This document shows, in pieces, positions 1 to 6,908 of a stretch of DNA of 14,957 nucleotides. The position numbers and the translations under genes were made by a program. This stretch comes from a virus. Lineage: Duplodnaviria > Heunggongvirae > Uroviricota > Caudoviricetes. Position 1 is the first letter of the stretch; each line of letters starts with the position of its first letter. The stretch lies in IMG/VR virus record IMGVR_UViG_3300043466_001354, one strand, 5' to 3'. The notes beneath the pieces were generated by a model. The model made no database searches and had not been told where the DNA came from. It saw only the letters and a list, made by a program, of their open reading frames with translations.

Positions 1-639
1 GGTACTCAAGGTACTCAGGGTACTCAAGGTACTCAGGGAACACAGGGTCTTCAGGGAACACAGGGTCTTCAGGGTACTCAGGGAACTCAGGGAACACAGG
101 GTCTTCAGGGTACTCAAGGTACTCAAGGTACTCAAGGTACTCAGGGTCTTCAGGGTACTCAAGGTACTCAGGGTACTCAGGGTACACAAGGCACTCAAGG
201 TCTTCAAGGCGAGCAGGGTCTTCAGGGTACTCAAGGAACTCAAGGTACTCAAGGAACTCAAGGTACTCAAGGAACTCAGGGAACTCAGGGAACACAGGGT
301 CTTCAGGGTACTCAAGGAACTCAAGGAACTCAAGGTATACAAGGAACTCAGGGCACTCAAGGTCTTCAGGGCACACAAGGTACGCAAGGAACTCAGGGAA
401 CTCAAGGTACGCAAGGAACTCAGGGAACCCAAGGGCTTCAGGGTACTCAAGGAACTCAAGGAACACAAGGAACCCAAGGTCTTCAGGGTACTCAGGGTAC
501 TCAAGGAACACAAGGAACCCAAGGTCTTCAGGGTACTCAGGGTACTCAAGGAACCCAAGGTCTTCAAGGAACTCAGGGCACTCAAGGGACACAGGGTCTT
601 CAAGGAACTCAGGGCACTCAAGGGACACAGGGTCTTCAA
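1..639 (+). repeat. Collagen block 1: 71 uninterrupted Gly-X-Gln triplets (X mostly Thr or Leu)
   Basis: Read codon by codon, GGN-NNN-CAR recurs every 9 nt. First interruption is GT-GVQ at 640. The block runs off the left edge of the window. Confidence 0.95.
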
Positions 640-2880
640 GGAACTGGTGTTCAAGGATTACAAGGTCTGGATGGTGGTTTTAATAATTGGTTAGTAAAAA
701 CAACTACATACACCGCAGTTTCCGGAGACAGAATTCTAGCAGACACTTCTGGGGGAACATTCACAATTAATCTTCCGGCTGCTCCTTCTACAGGCGATTT
801 TGTAATTATTGCAGATCCAGCCGACTGGGCGGCCACCAACCTTACGGTTGGAAGAAACGGAAGCACAATCGAAGGAGTTTCAGACGACGTTGCAATGGAT
901 GTGAAAGGTTTCTCTGTAGAATTTGCTTATGATGGCTCTACTTGGGAAATATTTACTGCAATTGGTGTTCAAGGTATTCAAGGTGTACAGGGTCCTCAAG
1001 GACTCCAAGGTAGACAAGGTACTCAAGGTCTTCAGGGAACTCAAGGCACTCAAGGTGTACAGGGTCCTCAAGGACTCCAAGGTAGACAAGGTACTCAAGG
1101 TCTTCAGGGAACTCAAGGCACTCAAGGTCTTCAGGGAACTCAAGGCACTCAAGGTCTTCAAGGAACACAAGGAACGCAGGGAACTCAAGGCACTCAAGGT
1201 CTTCAGGGAACTCAAGGTACTCAAGGTCTTCAAGGAACACAAGGAACGCAGGGAACTCAAGGTACTCAAGGTCTACAGGGTACTCAGGGAACTCAAGGTC
1301 TACAGGGTCCTCAGGGAACTCAAGGTCTACAGGGTAGACAGGGTGTACAAGGATTTGATGGCGGTTTGCTTACACCCGGTAGTTATGTAGTTCGTGCAGT
1401 TAAAGACATAGCACAAACTGTCACCAACGGCGCCGATACAGTTGTTACATTTTCAGATGATTTTGATCCACAGAATTGGTTCGCTTCAAATAGGTTCCAA
1501 CCAACTGTTGCCGGTTATTACAATATTACTGCTCAGGTTTGGTGGGATGCTGGCGCAGTAACTAATAATCAAAACAATATCCAACTTAGAAAAAATGGAA
1601 CTACGCAGCTAGCAATTAGTCAAGATCAAATCATGACTGGTTCTGGTTATGCAATGACATTTTCCACTATTGCATATTTTAACGGTACAACAGATTATGT
1701 CGAAGTTACTGCATTTACTGGAAATACAACTTCTCAGAACATTAATAGCAGTGCAAACGGCACATATTTTACAGCTGCATTGTATGCATATGGCCCGCAG
1801 GGTATTCAAGGTATTCAAGGTACAACTGGAACTCAAGGTTTCCAAGGTATTCAAGGAACTCAGGGAACACAAGGTACACAAGGGACTCAGGGCACGCAGG
1901 GTACTCAAGGCCTACAAGGTAGACAAGGTTTCCAAGGTATTCAAGGTACCCAAGGAACTCAGGGTACAACTGGATCCCAAGGTCTCCAAGGTATTCAAGG
2001 TATTCAAGGTACTCAAGGAACCCAAGGTACGACTGGATCTCAAGGCCTACAAGGTAGACAAGGTTTCCAAGGTATTCAAGGAACTCAGGGAACACAAGGT
2101 ACAACTGGAACTCAAGGTTTCCAAGGTATTCAAGGTATTCAAGGTACTCAAGGAACCCAAGGTACGACTGGATCTCAAGGTCTTCAGGGAACTCAAGGAA
2201 CTCAAGGAACGCAGGGTCTTCAGGGTACTCAGGGTACACAAGGTCTTCAGGGTACTCAGGGTACTCAAGGTCTTCAGGGAACTCAAGGGACACAGGGTCT
2301 TCAGGGTACTCGGGGTACACAAGGTCTTCAGGGTACTCAGGGTACTCAGGGTACTCAAGGCATTCAAGGTATTCAAGGGGTTGGCTCTCAAGGTATTGGC
2401 GGAACAGGTTCACAGGGTGTTCAAGGTATCCAAGGTACATCAGGACCGTCTACTACGATTAACGCGTCTGACGATACCACCACTAATGCGACTCATTACC
2501 CAGTATTCGTAGCAGCGGCTGGATCGAATCAAACGGCAGAAGTTTCTACAACTAAACTGTATTTCAATCCTTCGACCGGTGATCTCTCGGCGACTAACTT
2601 CAACTCGCTTTCAGACGAAACGTTTAAAGAAAACTTTATGTCTATTGATAACAGCTTTGATATTCTAGAAAGAATAAATACATATAGTTTCGATTGGAAA
2701 GATAACAAAACTAAGAGTTACGGTGTGATTGCGCAGGAACTTGAAAAGATAATGCCAGAACTCGTGAAAACAAACGGAAACGGTTGGAAGACGGTTGCAT
2801 ATACTCCACTTATTGCGATCTTAATAGAAGCAGTTAAGAGACTAAAAGCCGATATCGAAAACATAAAGAGAGATAACTAA
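1..2880 (+). CDS. Collagen-like modular tail/collar fibre with C-terminal peptidase S74 intramolecular chaperone; 5'-partial, at least 959 aa
   Basis: Frame +1 reads without a stop from base 1 (GGT ACT CAA = GTQ) through the ORF-track ATG at 895 to TAA 2878-2880. It contains three Gly-X-Y blocks, two globular inserts and a C-terminal NSLSDETFKEN...YSFDW...GVIAQELE...PELV...coiled-coil signature. Confidence 0.9.
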   Translation, partial: GTQGTQGTQGTQGTQGLQGTQGLQGTQGTQGTQGLQGTQGTQGTQGTQGLQGTQGTQGTQGTQGTQGLQGEQGLQGTQGTQGTQGTQGTQGTQGTQGTQGLQGTQGTQGTQGIQGTQGTQGLQGTQGTQGTQGTQGTQGTQGTQGLQGTQGTQGTQGTQGLQGTQGTQGTQGTQGLQGTQGTQGTQGLQGTQGTQGTQGLQGTQGTQGTQGLQGTGVQGLQGLDGGFNNWLVKTTTYTAVSGDRILADTSGGTFTINLPAAPSTGDFVIIADPADWAATNLTVGRNGSTIEGVSDDVAMDVKGFSVEFAYDGSTWEIFTAIGVQGIQGVQGPQGLQGRQGTQGLQGTQGTQGVQGPQGLQGRQGTQGLQGTQGTQGLQGTQGTQGLQGTQGTQGTQGTQGLQGTQGTQGLQGTQGTQGTQGTQGLQGTQGTQGLQGPQGTQGLQGRQGVQGFDGGLLTPGSYVVRAVKDIAQTVTNGADTVVTFSDDFDPQNWFASNRFQPTVAGYYNITAQVWWDAGAVTNNQNNIQLRKNGTTQLAISQDQIMTGSGYAMTFSTIAYFNGTTDYVEVTAFTGNTTSQNINSSANGTYFTAALYAYGPQGIQGIQGTTGTQGFQGIQGTQGTQGTQGTQGTQGTQGLQGRQGFQGIQGTQGTQGTTGSQGLQGIQGIQGTQGTQGTTGSQGLQGRQGFQGIQGTQGTQGTTGTQGFQGIQGIQGTQGTQGTTGSQGLQGTQGTQGTQGLQGTQGTQGLQGTQGTQGLQGTQGTQGLQGTRGTQGLQGTQGTQGTQGIQGIQGVGSQGIGGTGSQGVQGIQGTSGPSTTINASDDTTTNATHYPVFVAAAGSNQTAEVSTTKLYFNPSTGDLSATNFNSLSDETFKENFMSIDNSFDILERINTYSFDWKDNKTKSYGVIAQELEKIMPELVKTNGNGWKTVAYTPLIAILIEAVKRLKADIENIKRDN
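676..960 (+). other. Globular beta-rich insert typical of T4-like phage fibre/structural proteins
   Basis: Frame +1 translation: NNWLVKTTTYTAVSGDRILADTSGGTFTINLPAAPSTGDFVIIADPADWAATNLTVGRNGSTIEGVSDDVAMDVKGFSVEFAYDGSTWEIF. It resembles, from memory, the YTA..GD.I..DTSGG.FTI.LPA.P..GD.V...LTV.RNG..I.G module of cyanophage/pelagiphage fibres. Confidence 0.65.
964..1350 (+). repeat. Collagen block 2: 43 Gly-X-Gln triplets including two 72-bp tandem duplications
   Basis: 982-1053 is identical to 1054-1125. 1126-1197 and 1198-1269 differ only at two synonymous GGC/GGT positions. Confidence 0.95.
1378..1788 (+). other. C1q/TNF-like (gC1q, BclA-CTD-like) jelly-roll domain inside the fibre
   Basis: VVTFSDDFDPQNWF..NRFQPTVAGYYNITAQV...IQLRKNG...TIAYFNGTTDYVEV...GTYFTAALY follows the C1q pattern F....G.Y.....V ... 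L.KNG ... L..GD.VEV ... T.F.G.L. Confidence 0.7.
1792..2376 (+). repeat. Collagen block 3: 65 Gly-X-Y triplets including a 135-bp (15-triplet) tandem duplication; interrupted triplets continue to about 2451
   Basis: GIQ/GFQ/GTT/GSQ/GTQ/GLQ triplets. 1909-2043 and 2044-2178 are near-identical units, with 1990-2043 exactly equal to 2125-2178. Confidence 0.95.
2602..2877 (+). other. Peptidase S74 intramolecular chaperone / autoprocessing domain
   Basis: S-D-x-x-x-K dyad spacing (Ser codon 2611, Lys codon 2626), followed by W, GVIAQE and PELV motifs and a terminal amphipathic helix, as in endosialidase and tail-fibre chaperones. Confidence 0.85.
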
Positions 2881-3149
2881 TGCCAGTATCGTTAAGGACG
2901 TTAGTAGGAGTTAATGTTAGTATTGGCGGAATAACCGCTGATGGCGCAGGAAATATAGGCATTGGGACGTTAATCCCATCTCAAAAACTGCACGTGGAAG
3001 GCAATGTTAGAATAACTGGAGCCATATATGACAGCACAAATTCACCTGGATCTTTTGGACAAGTATTACACTCTTCTGCAAACAGTGTCTTTTGGGATAC
3101 ACCTGTAACGACGGCAGACGCAGTTGCATACGCAATCGCATTGGGTTAA
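2880..3149 (+). CDS. Small fibre-like structural protein (89 aa)
   Basis: TAATG overlap with the fibre stop codon. Contains the GNIGIGT..PS.KLHV.GNVRITG fibre-shaft motif, GQVL..S....W, and a hydrophobic C-terminus AVAYAIALG seen in small T4-like phage structural proteins. Confidence 0.75.
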   Translation: MPVSLRTLVGVNVSIGGITADGAGNIGIGTLIPSQKLHVEGNVRITGAIYDSTNSPGSFGQVLHSSANSVFWDTPVTTADAVAYAIALG

Positions 3150-3170
3150 ATAATCAACGCTATCGTGGCA

Positions 3171-3178
3171 GATAAATA
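3171..3178 (+). promoter_or_regulatory. Probable T4-type late promoter (GATAAATA)
   Basis: 7/8 match to TATAAATA, intergenic, 43 nt upstream of the ATG at 3222. GGAG SD-like site at 3206-3209. Confidence 0.6.
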
Positions 3179-3221
3179 AATGTAGTTGAGATAACTATAT
3201 TATGCGGAGACTTATTACACT

Positions 3222-4286
3222 ATGTCATTTTTTGAACACATAAAAGATTCATATCAAGTAGAGCAAACATACAGATATGAAACTTCTATCACTCTAGCAC
3301 AACAAGCATTAACGGACGGCGGCAGCATTCATCCGCTTATCGTTCCAGTCGAACTCACCGGTGGAACTGGTCTCATGAACCCATCCATCTTGGTTCATAA
3401 TGATAAATTGATTGTTAATGTAAGATGCACCAACTATCTATTCTATCATTCAGAGAAAAAGAAATTCGTCCATCCTTGGGGGCCTCTAACATATCTTCAC
3501 CCCGAAGACGATATGAAGCTTCGCACTGAAAACTACTACTGCGAACTTGATGATAACTATAACATTACTAGATTCAATCACGTAGATACTTCAAGATTGG
3601 ACAAAGAACCAATCTGGGACTTCGTAGGACTTGAAGACGCAAGACTCGTGGAATGGGGCGGAAAGCTCTATATGACTGGAGTTCGTAGAGATACGACTAC
3701 AAACGGACAGGGTCGTATGGAACTGTCAGAGATAGAAGTTCTGGAAAACGAAGTCATAGAAGTGTCAAGAACTCGTATCGGTGCACCTGGTGAAGACAAG
3801 TCTTATTGCGAAAAGAATTGGATGCCAGTTCTAGATCAAAACTATACGTACATAAAGTGGTGCAACCCAACAGAAGTAGTTCTTGTAGATATAGAAAAAT
3901 CTAAAGCAGAAACAGCCTTTCTTAGCGAGAAGCGTCTGTTTAATGGAAATCCTAAGGGTCTTACAGAACCTCGTGGAGGATCGCAAGTCATTCCGTTCGG
4001 TGATCACTATATTGCTCTTACTCACGAGGTGGATCTGTTTAAAGGAGAGAAGCGAGTAAAGGACGGAGTATATCGGCATCGCTTTATAGTATGGGATAGG
4101 AACTGGGACATAGTAGGTTTCTCTGATGACTTTACCATTATGGGAGGACATACTGAGTTTACGTGCGGAATGTGTCACCATAAAGGAAAGATCCTCATCA
4201 CGTTTGGTTTTCAAGACAACGTTGCATACGTATTAGAAACTCCATATGCAACCGTAGAAAAGTTTTTAAATTATGCAAAGGGTTAA
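3222..4286 (+). CDS. Five-bladed beta-propeller glycoside phosphorylase/transferase-like protein (GH130/GT91/GT108-like), 354 aa
   Basis: Motifs NPS, GLEDARL, CEKNWMP, RGGS and C-terminal FG.QD match the EDPR/EKNW pattern of GH130 and Bmt-type propellers. Activity (transferase, phosphorylase or hydrolase) cannot be called from sequence. Confidence 0.7.
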   Translation: MSFFEHIKDSYQVEQTYRYETSITLAQQALTDGGSIHPLIVPVELTGGTGLMNPSILVHNDKLIVNVRCTNYLFYHSEKKKFVHPWGPLTYLHPEDDMKLRTENYYCELDDNYNITRFNHVDTSRLDKEPIWDFVGLEDARLVEWGGKLYMTGVRRDTTTNGQGRMELSEIEVLENEVIEVSRTRIGAPGEDKSYCEKNWMPVLDQNYTYIKWCNPTEVVLVDIEKSKAETAFLSEKRLFNGNPKGLTEPRGGSQVIPFGDHYIALTHEVDLFKGEKRVKDGVYRHRFIVWDRNWDIVGFSDDFTIMGGHTEFTCGMCHHKGKILITFGFQDNVAYVLETPYATVEKFLNYAKG

Positions 4287-4287
4287 T

Positions 4288-5889
4288 ATGCTTGAAGAAA
4301 TGAAACAATTGATCACGATGTTTGCTCTTAACCCTAGTGATCCAGAAGTAAGTTTTACTCTAGGATCTTACTATGAGGATCTGGGGCAGTATTCTTCGGC
4401 TGGTTCTTATTACTTAAGAACAGCAGAAAGAACAGAGAACCGTCTTCTGTCATATGAGAGCCTAATAAGGTTTGCAGCATGTACTGCTTCACTAGGAAGA
4501 CGTAGATATTCAACAAAGGGTATGCTAAACTTTGCGATATCGCATATGCCTGATAGACCCGAAGCATATTTAATTCTAAGTAAGTTCATAGAAAATAACG
4601 AAACGAACGATGAGAAGTGGTTCACCGCGTACTCTCTAGTGTGCACCGCATTATCTATTAAAGACATAGATAATTTAAAACCCTTGAGATTTAAAACTAT
4701 TTTTGAAGGAAAGTATTCACTTCTTTTGCAAAAAGCGCATGCTGGTTTTAACAGCGGTTTCATTGAAGAAGCAAGAGAGATATTACTATCGTTAACAAAG
4801 ATCAAGGACGTTCCGAACCACATAAAAAGAGATGCGTTAAAGAATCTTATGCAGATCAAAAAAGAAAACGAAAGAGCTAACTACTATCACAACTCTTCAG
4901 ATTTAAAGGATGTATATAGTTCTAGTCTTTCCAAATATGTTTTGGAAAAGGGAGGATCCGTGCATTCTATCGTAGTTCCTCATTCTGTTTCTAAAGGAGT
5001 TGCGACTACAAATGCTTCCGTGTTTGTTGATGATAAAGAGAGAGTCTTTGTAAACTTAAGAGAAACAAACTACACACTCTACTACAGTAATAAGTTTCCA
5101 GAAAAAGACGGTCCTCTCAAATATCTATATTCCGACAACGACATTAATATCAGATCCGAAAACGTCGTGTGCAGATTAGACGATCGACTTAATGTTATAA
5201 CTGCAGATCGCGTTGACATGAGACTCAATGAGAATCCTAACTGGTTCTACATTGGATTGGAAGATGCTAGGTTTGTAGAGTGGGATGGAAAGAAGTATCT
5301 ATGTGGAGTAAGAAGGGACCACATACTAGAAGGTAAGGGTCGTATGGATCTTTCACAGATCGAGATAACCGAGAATGGCGTAGTCGAAGTAGAACGTTTT
5401 TCAATTCCTGCGCCAGGAAACGACGATACCTATTGTGAAAAGAACTGGATGCCTGTTCTAGATAAACCGTTCCAATGGGTGAAGTGGTCTAACCCAACTC
5501 AGATAGTTTCATTTGATACTAAAACTCTAAAGACCGAGACCGTTCACTTGGAAGAGTCTAAGACTTATCGGTTTCCTCGAGACTTAAGAGGCGGTTCTCA
5601 TATTCTTCCTTGGAATGACGATTACTACATAGGTGTTACTCACGAGTGCTTATATAGCGGCAAGGATAGCGGAAGAAGATACTTTCAGCGAATCGTAGTC
5701 TGGGATAGAAACTGGAACATCGTATGCTCTACTCGTGACTTTACTATGATGGGTGGTACTATTGAGTTTGTATCTGGTATTGCTTACCATAAGAATGACG
5801 TACTTATATCCTATGGCTATGAAGATAATGCTTCTTACATACTAAGAATACCTAGAGACGTGTTTGATGATTTTATTTTGAGAGGGTAA
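4288..5889 (+). CDS. TPR-like N-terminal domain fused to a second GH130/GT91-like beta-propeller (about 533 aa)
   Basis: Start preferred at 4288 (TAA-T-ATG coupling, MLEE parallel to MLKE of the next gene) over the ORF-track 4273. Helical repeat F.LG..YE..GQYSSA..YYLR.AER. The C-terminal part (about 4950-5886) aligns by eye with 3222..4286 (GLEDAR, CEKNWMPVLD, RGGS). Confidence 0.75.
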   Translation: MLEEMKQLITMFALNPSDPEVSFTLGSYYEDLGQYSSAGSYYLRTAERTENRLLSYESLIRFAACTASLGRRRYSTKGMLNFAISHMPDRPEAYLILSKFIENNETNDEKWFTAYSLVCTALSIKDIDNLKPLRFKTIFEGKYSLLLQKAHAGFNSGFIEEAREILLSLTKIKDVPNHIKRDALKNLMQIKKENERANYYHNSSDLKDVYSSSLSKYVLEKGGSVHSIVVPHSVSKGVATTNASVFVDDKERVFVNLRETNYTLYYSNKFPEKDGPLKYLYSDNDINIRSENVVCRLDDRLNVITADRVDMRLNENPNWFYIGLEDARFVEWDGKKYLCGVRRDHILEGKGRMDLSQIEITENGVVEVERFSIPAPGNDDTYCEKNWMPVLDKPFQWVKWSNPTQIVSFDTKTLKTETVHLEESKTYRFPRDLRGGSHILPWNDDYYIGVTHECLYSGKDSGRRYFQRIVVWDRNWNIVCSTRDFTMMGGTIEFVSGIAYHKNDVLISYGYEDNASYILRIPRDVFDDFILRG

Positions 5890-5890
5890 C

Positions 5891-6907
5891 ATGCTTAAAG
5901 AAAAGATTAACACTTATATAAGTGATCCAGGAAACGCTCAGTACAACTACGATCTTGGAAAAGAGTATGAAATCCTTCAGCAGTATTCTTCTGCCTGTGG
6001 ATACTTTCTAAGAGCGGCAGATAGGACAGATGACGTAGAACTTATCTATAATTCTCTAGTGTCAGCTGCAAAGTCATTGATAGAACATGGCGATAGTTTT
6101 GCGATGGCAGAGAAAATTTTAAAGAATGCATTGAACGTTGACTCGTCAAGAATAGATGCGTTTTATATGTTACTGCTAATATATAAATATATTGGAAAAG
6201 AAGATGATTTTATGAACATACATCCGTTCTTTCTTAAAGCAAAAGAAAAGAACACTAAGAGTGAGATATATGATATGGTAAATTTGAACGACATAATGAA
6301 AAAGTATATTCCTTCGGTTGGTACTATTAGACATTCGGAAGACCAGCCGCAAAAAAATTTCAAACACATGATAGAGAAAGAGTTCGCGATCGCGGCTTCG
6401 TCTCCTAGTGACATTCACGAACACCTTCCAGTTCTATATGAACTAGCTAAAGATTGTAATCATATAATAGAGATGGGTGTAAGAACCGGAATAAGTACAC
6501 GAGCATTCTTAAGAGTTGATGCGAGACTAATTTCATATGACATCGTAACAGATCAAAAAGTAGTAGATCTAATCAACGAGGCAAAGAAAGCTGGAAAGGA
6601 TGCTACATTCATCGAAGCAGACGTTCTTAAGATTGATATCGAAGAAACAGACCTGCTCTTCATTGATACTTGGCATACATACGAGCAGTTAAAACAAGAG
6701 CTTTCACTTCATGGAAATAAGTCTAGAAAATACATGGTGTTCCACGATACAAATACTTTTGGTCTAAAGAACGAGGGAGGCCAAGCATACAGTACTTCTC
6801 AAGGTCTTCTTCCAGCTATAATAGAGTTTCTCATGGTTAACCCTCACTGGAGATTCAAAAAATTCTTAACAAACAACAACGGTTTAACTGTTTTAGAAAG
6901 GTTATAA
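5891..6907 (+). CDS. TPR-like N-terminal domain plus class I SAM-dependent methyltransferase (Methyltransf_24-like), 338 aa
   Basis: IIEMGVRTGIST (motif I), LISYDI, DLLFIDTWHTYEQLKQEL and YMVFHDT. The N-terminus is homologous to the TPR module of the preceding gene. Confidence 0.8.
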   Translation: MLKEKINTYISDPGNAQYNYDLGKEYEILQQYSSACGYFLRAADRTDDVELIYNSLVSAAKSLIEHGDSFAMAEKILKNALNVDSSRIDAFYMLLLIYKYIGKEDDFMNIHPFFLKAKEKNTKSEIYDMVNLNDIMKKYIPSVGTIRHSEDQPQKNFKHMIEKEFAIAASSPSDIHEHLPVLYELAKDCNHIIEMGVRTGISTRAFLRVDARLISYDIVTDQKVVDLINEAKKAGKDATFIEADVLKIDIEETDLLFIDTWHTYEQLKQELSLHGNKSRKYMVFHDTNTFGLKNEGGQAYSTSQGLLPAIIEFLMVNPHWRFKKFLTNNNGLTVLERL

Positions 6908-6908
6908 T

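Noticed and set aside
895-897. ATG 895 as start of the fibre gene
   Set aside because: The frame is open and clearly coding from base 1, and this Met lies inside a globular domain.
1-2451. CRISPR array or non-coding satellite interpretation of the repeats
   Set aside because: No repeat-spacer structure. Variation is concentrated at synonymous and X positions of an in-frame Gly-X-Gln code.
880-2512. ORF-track ORFs overlapping the collagen blocks (880..1269, 923..1390, 953..1240, 1609..1908, 1670..2512, 1769..2440, 2047..2391) and 651..866
   Set aside because: Shadow frames of the 9-nt periodic collagen code (LKVFKE, LEYLE, STLSTL patterns) or antisense to the fibre gene, with no independent signals.
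4273-4287. ORF-track start 4273 for the TPR-propeller gene
   Set aside because: ATG 4288 follows the upstream stop in the same TAA-N-ATG arrangement as the next two junctions and aligns with the paralogous N-terminus at 5891. The 4273 start is not fully excluded.
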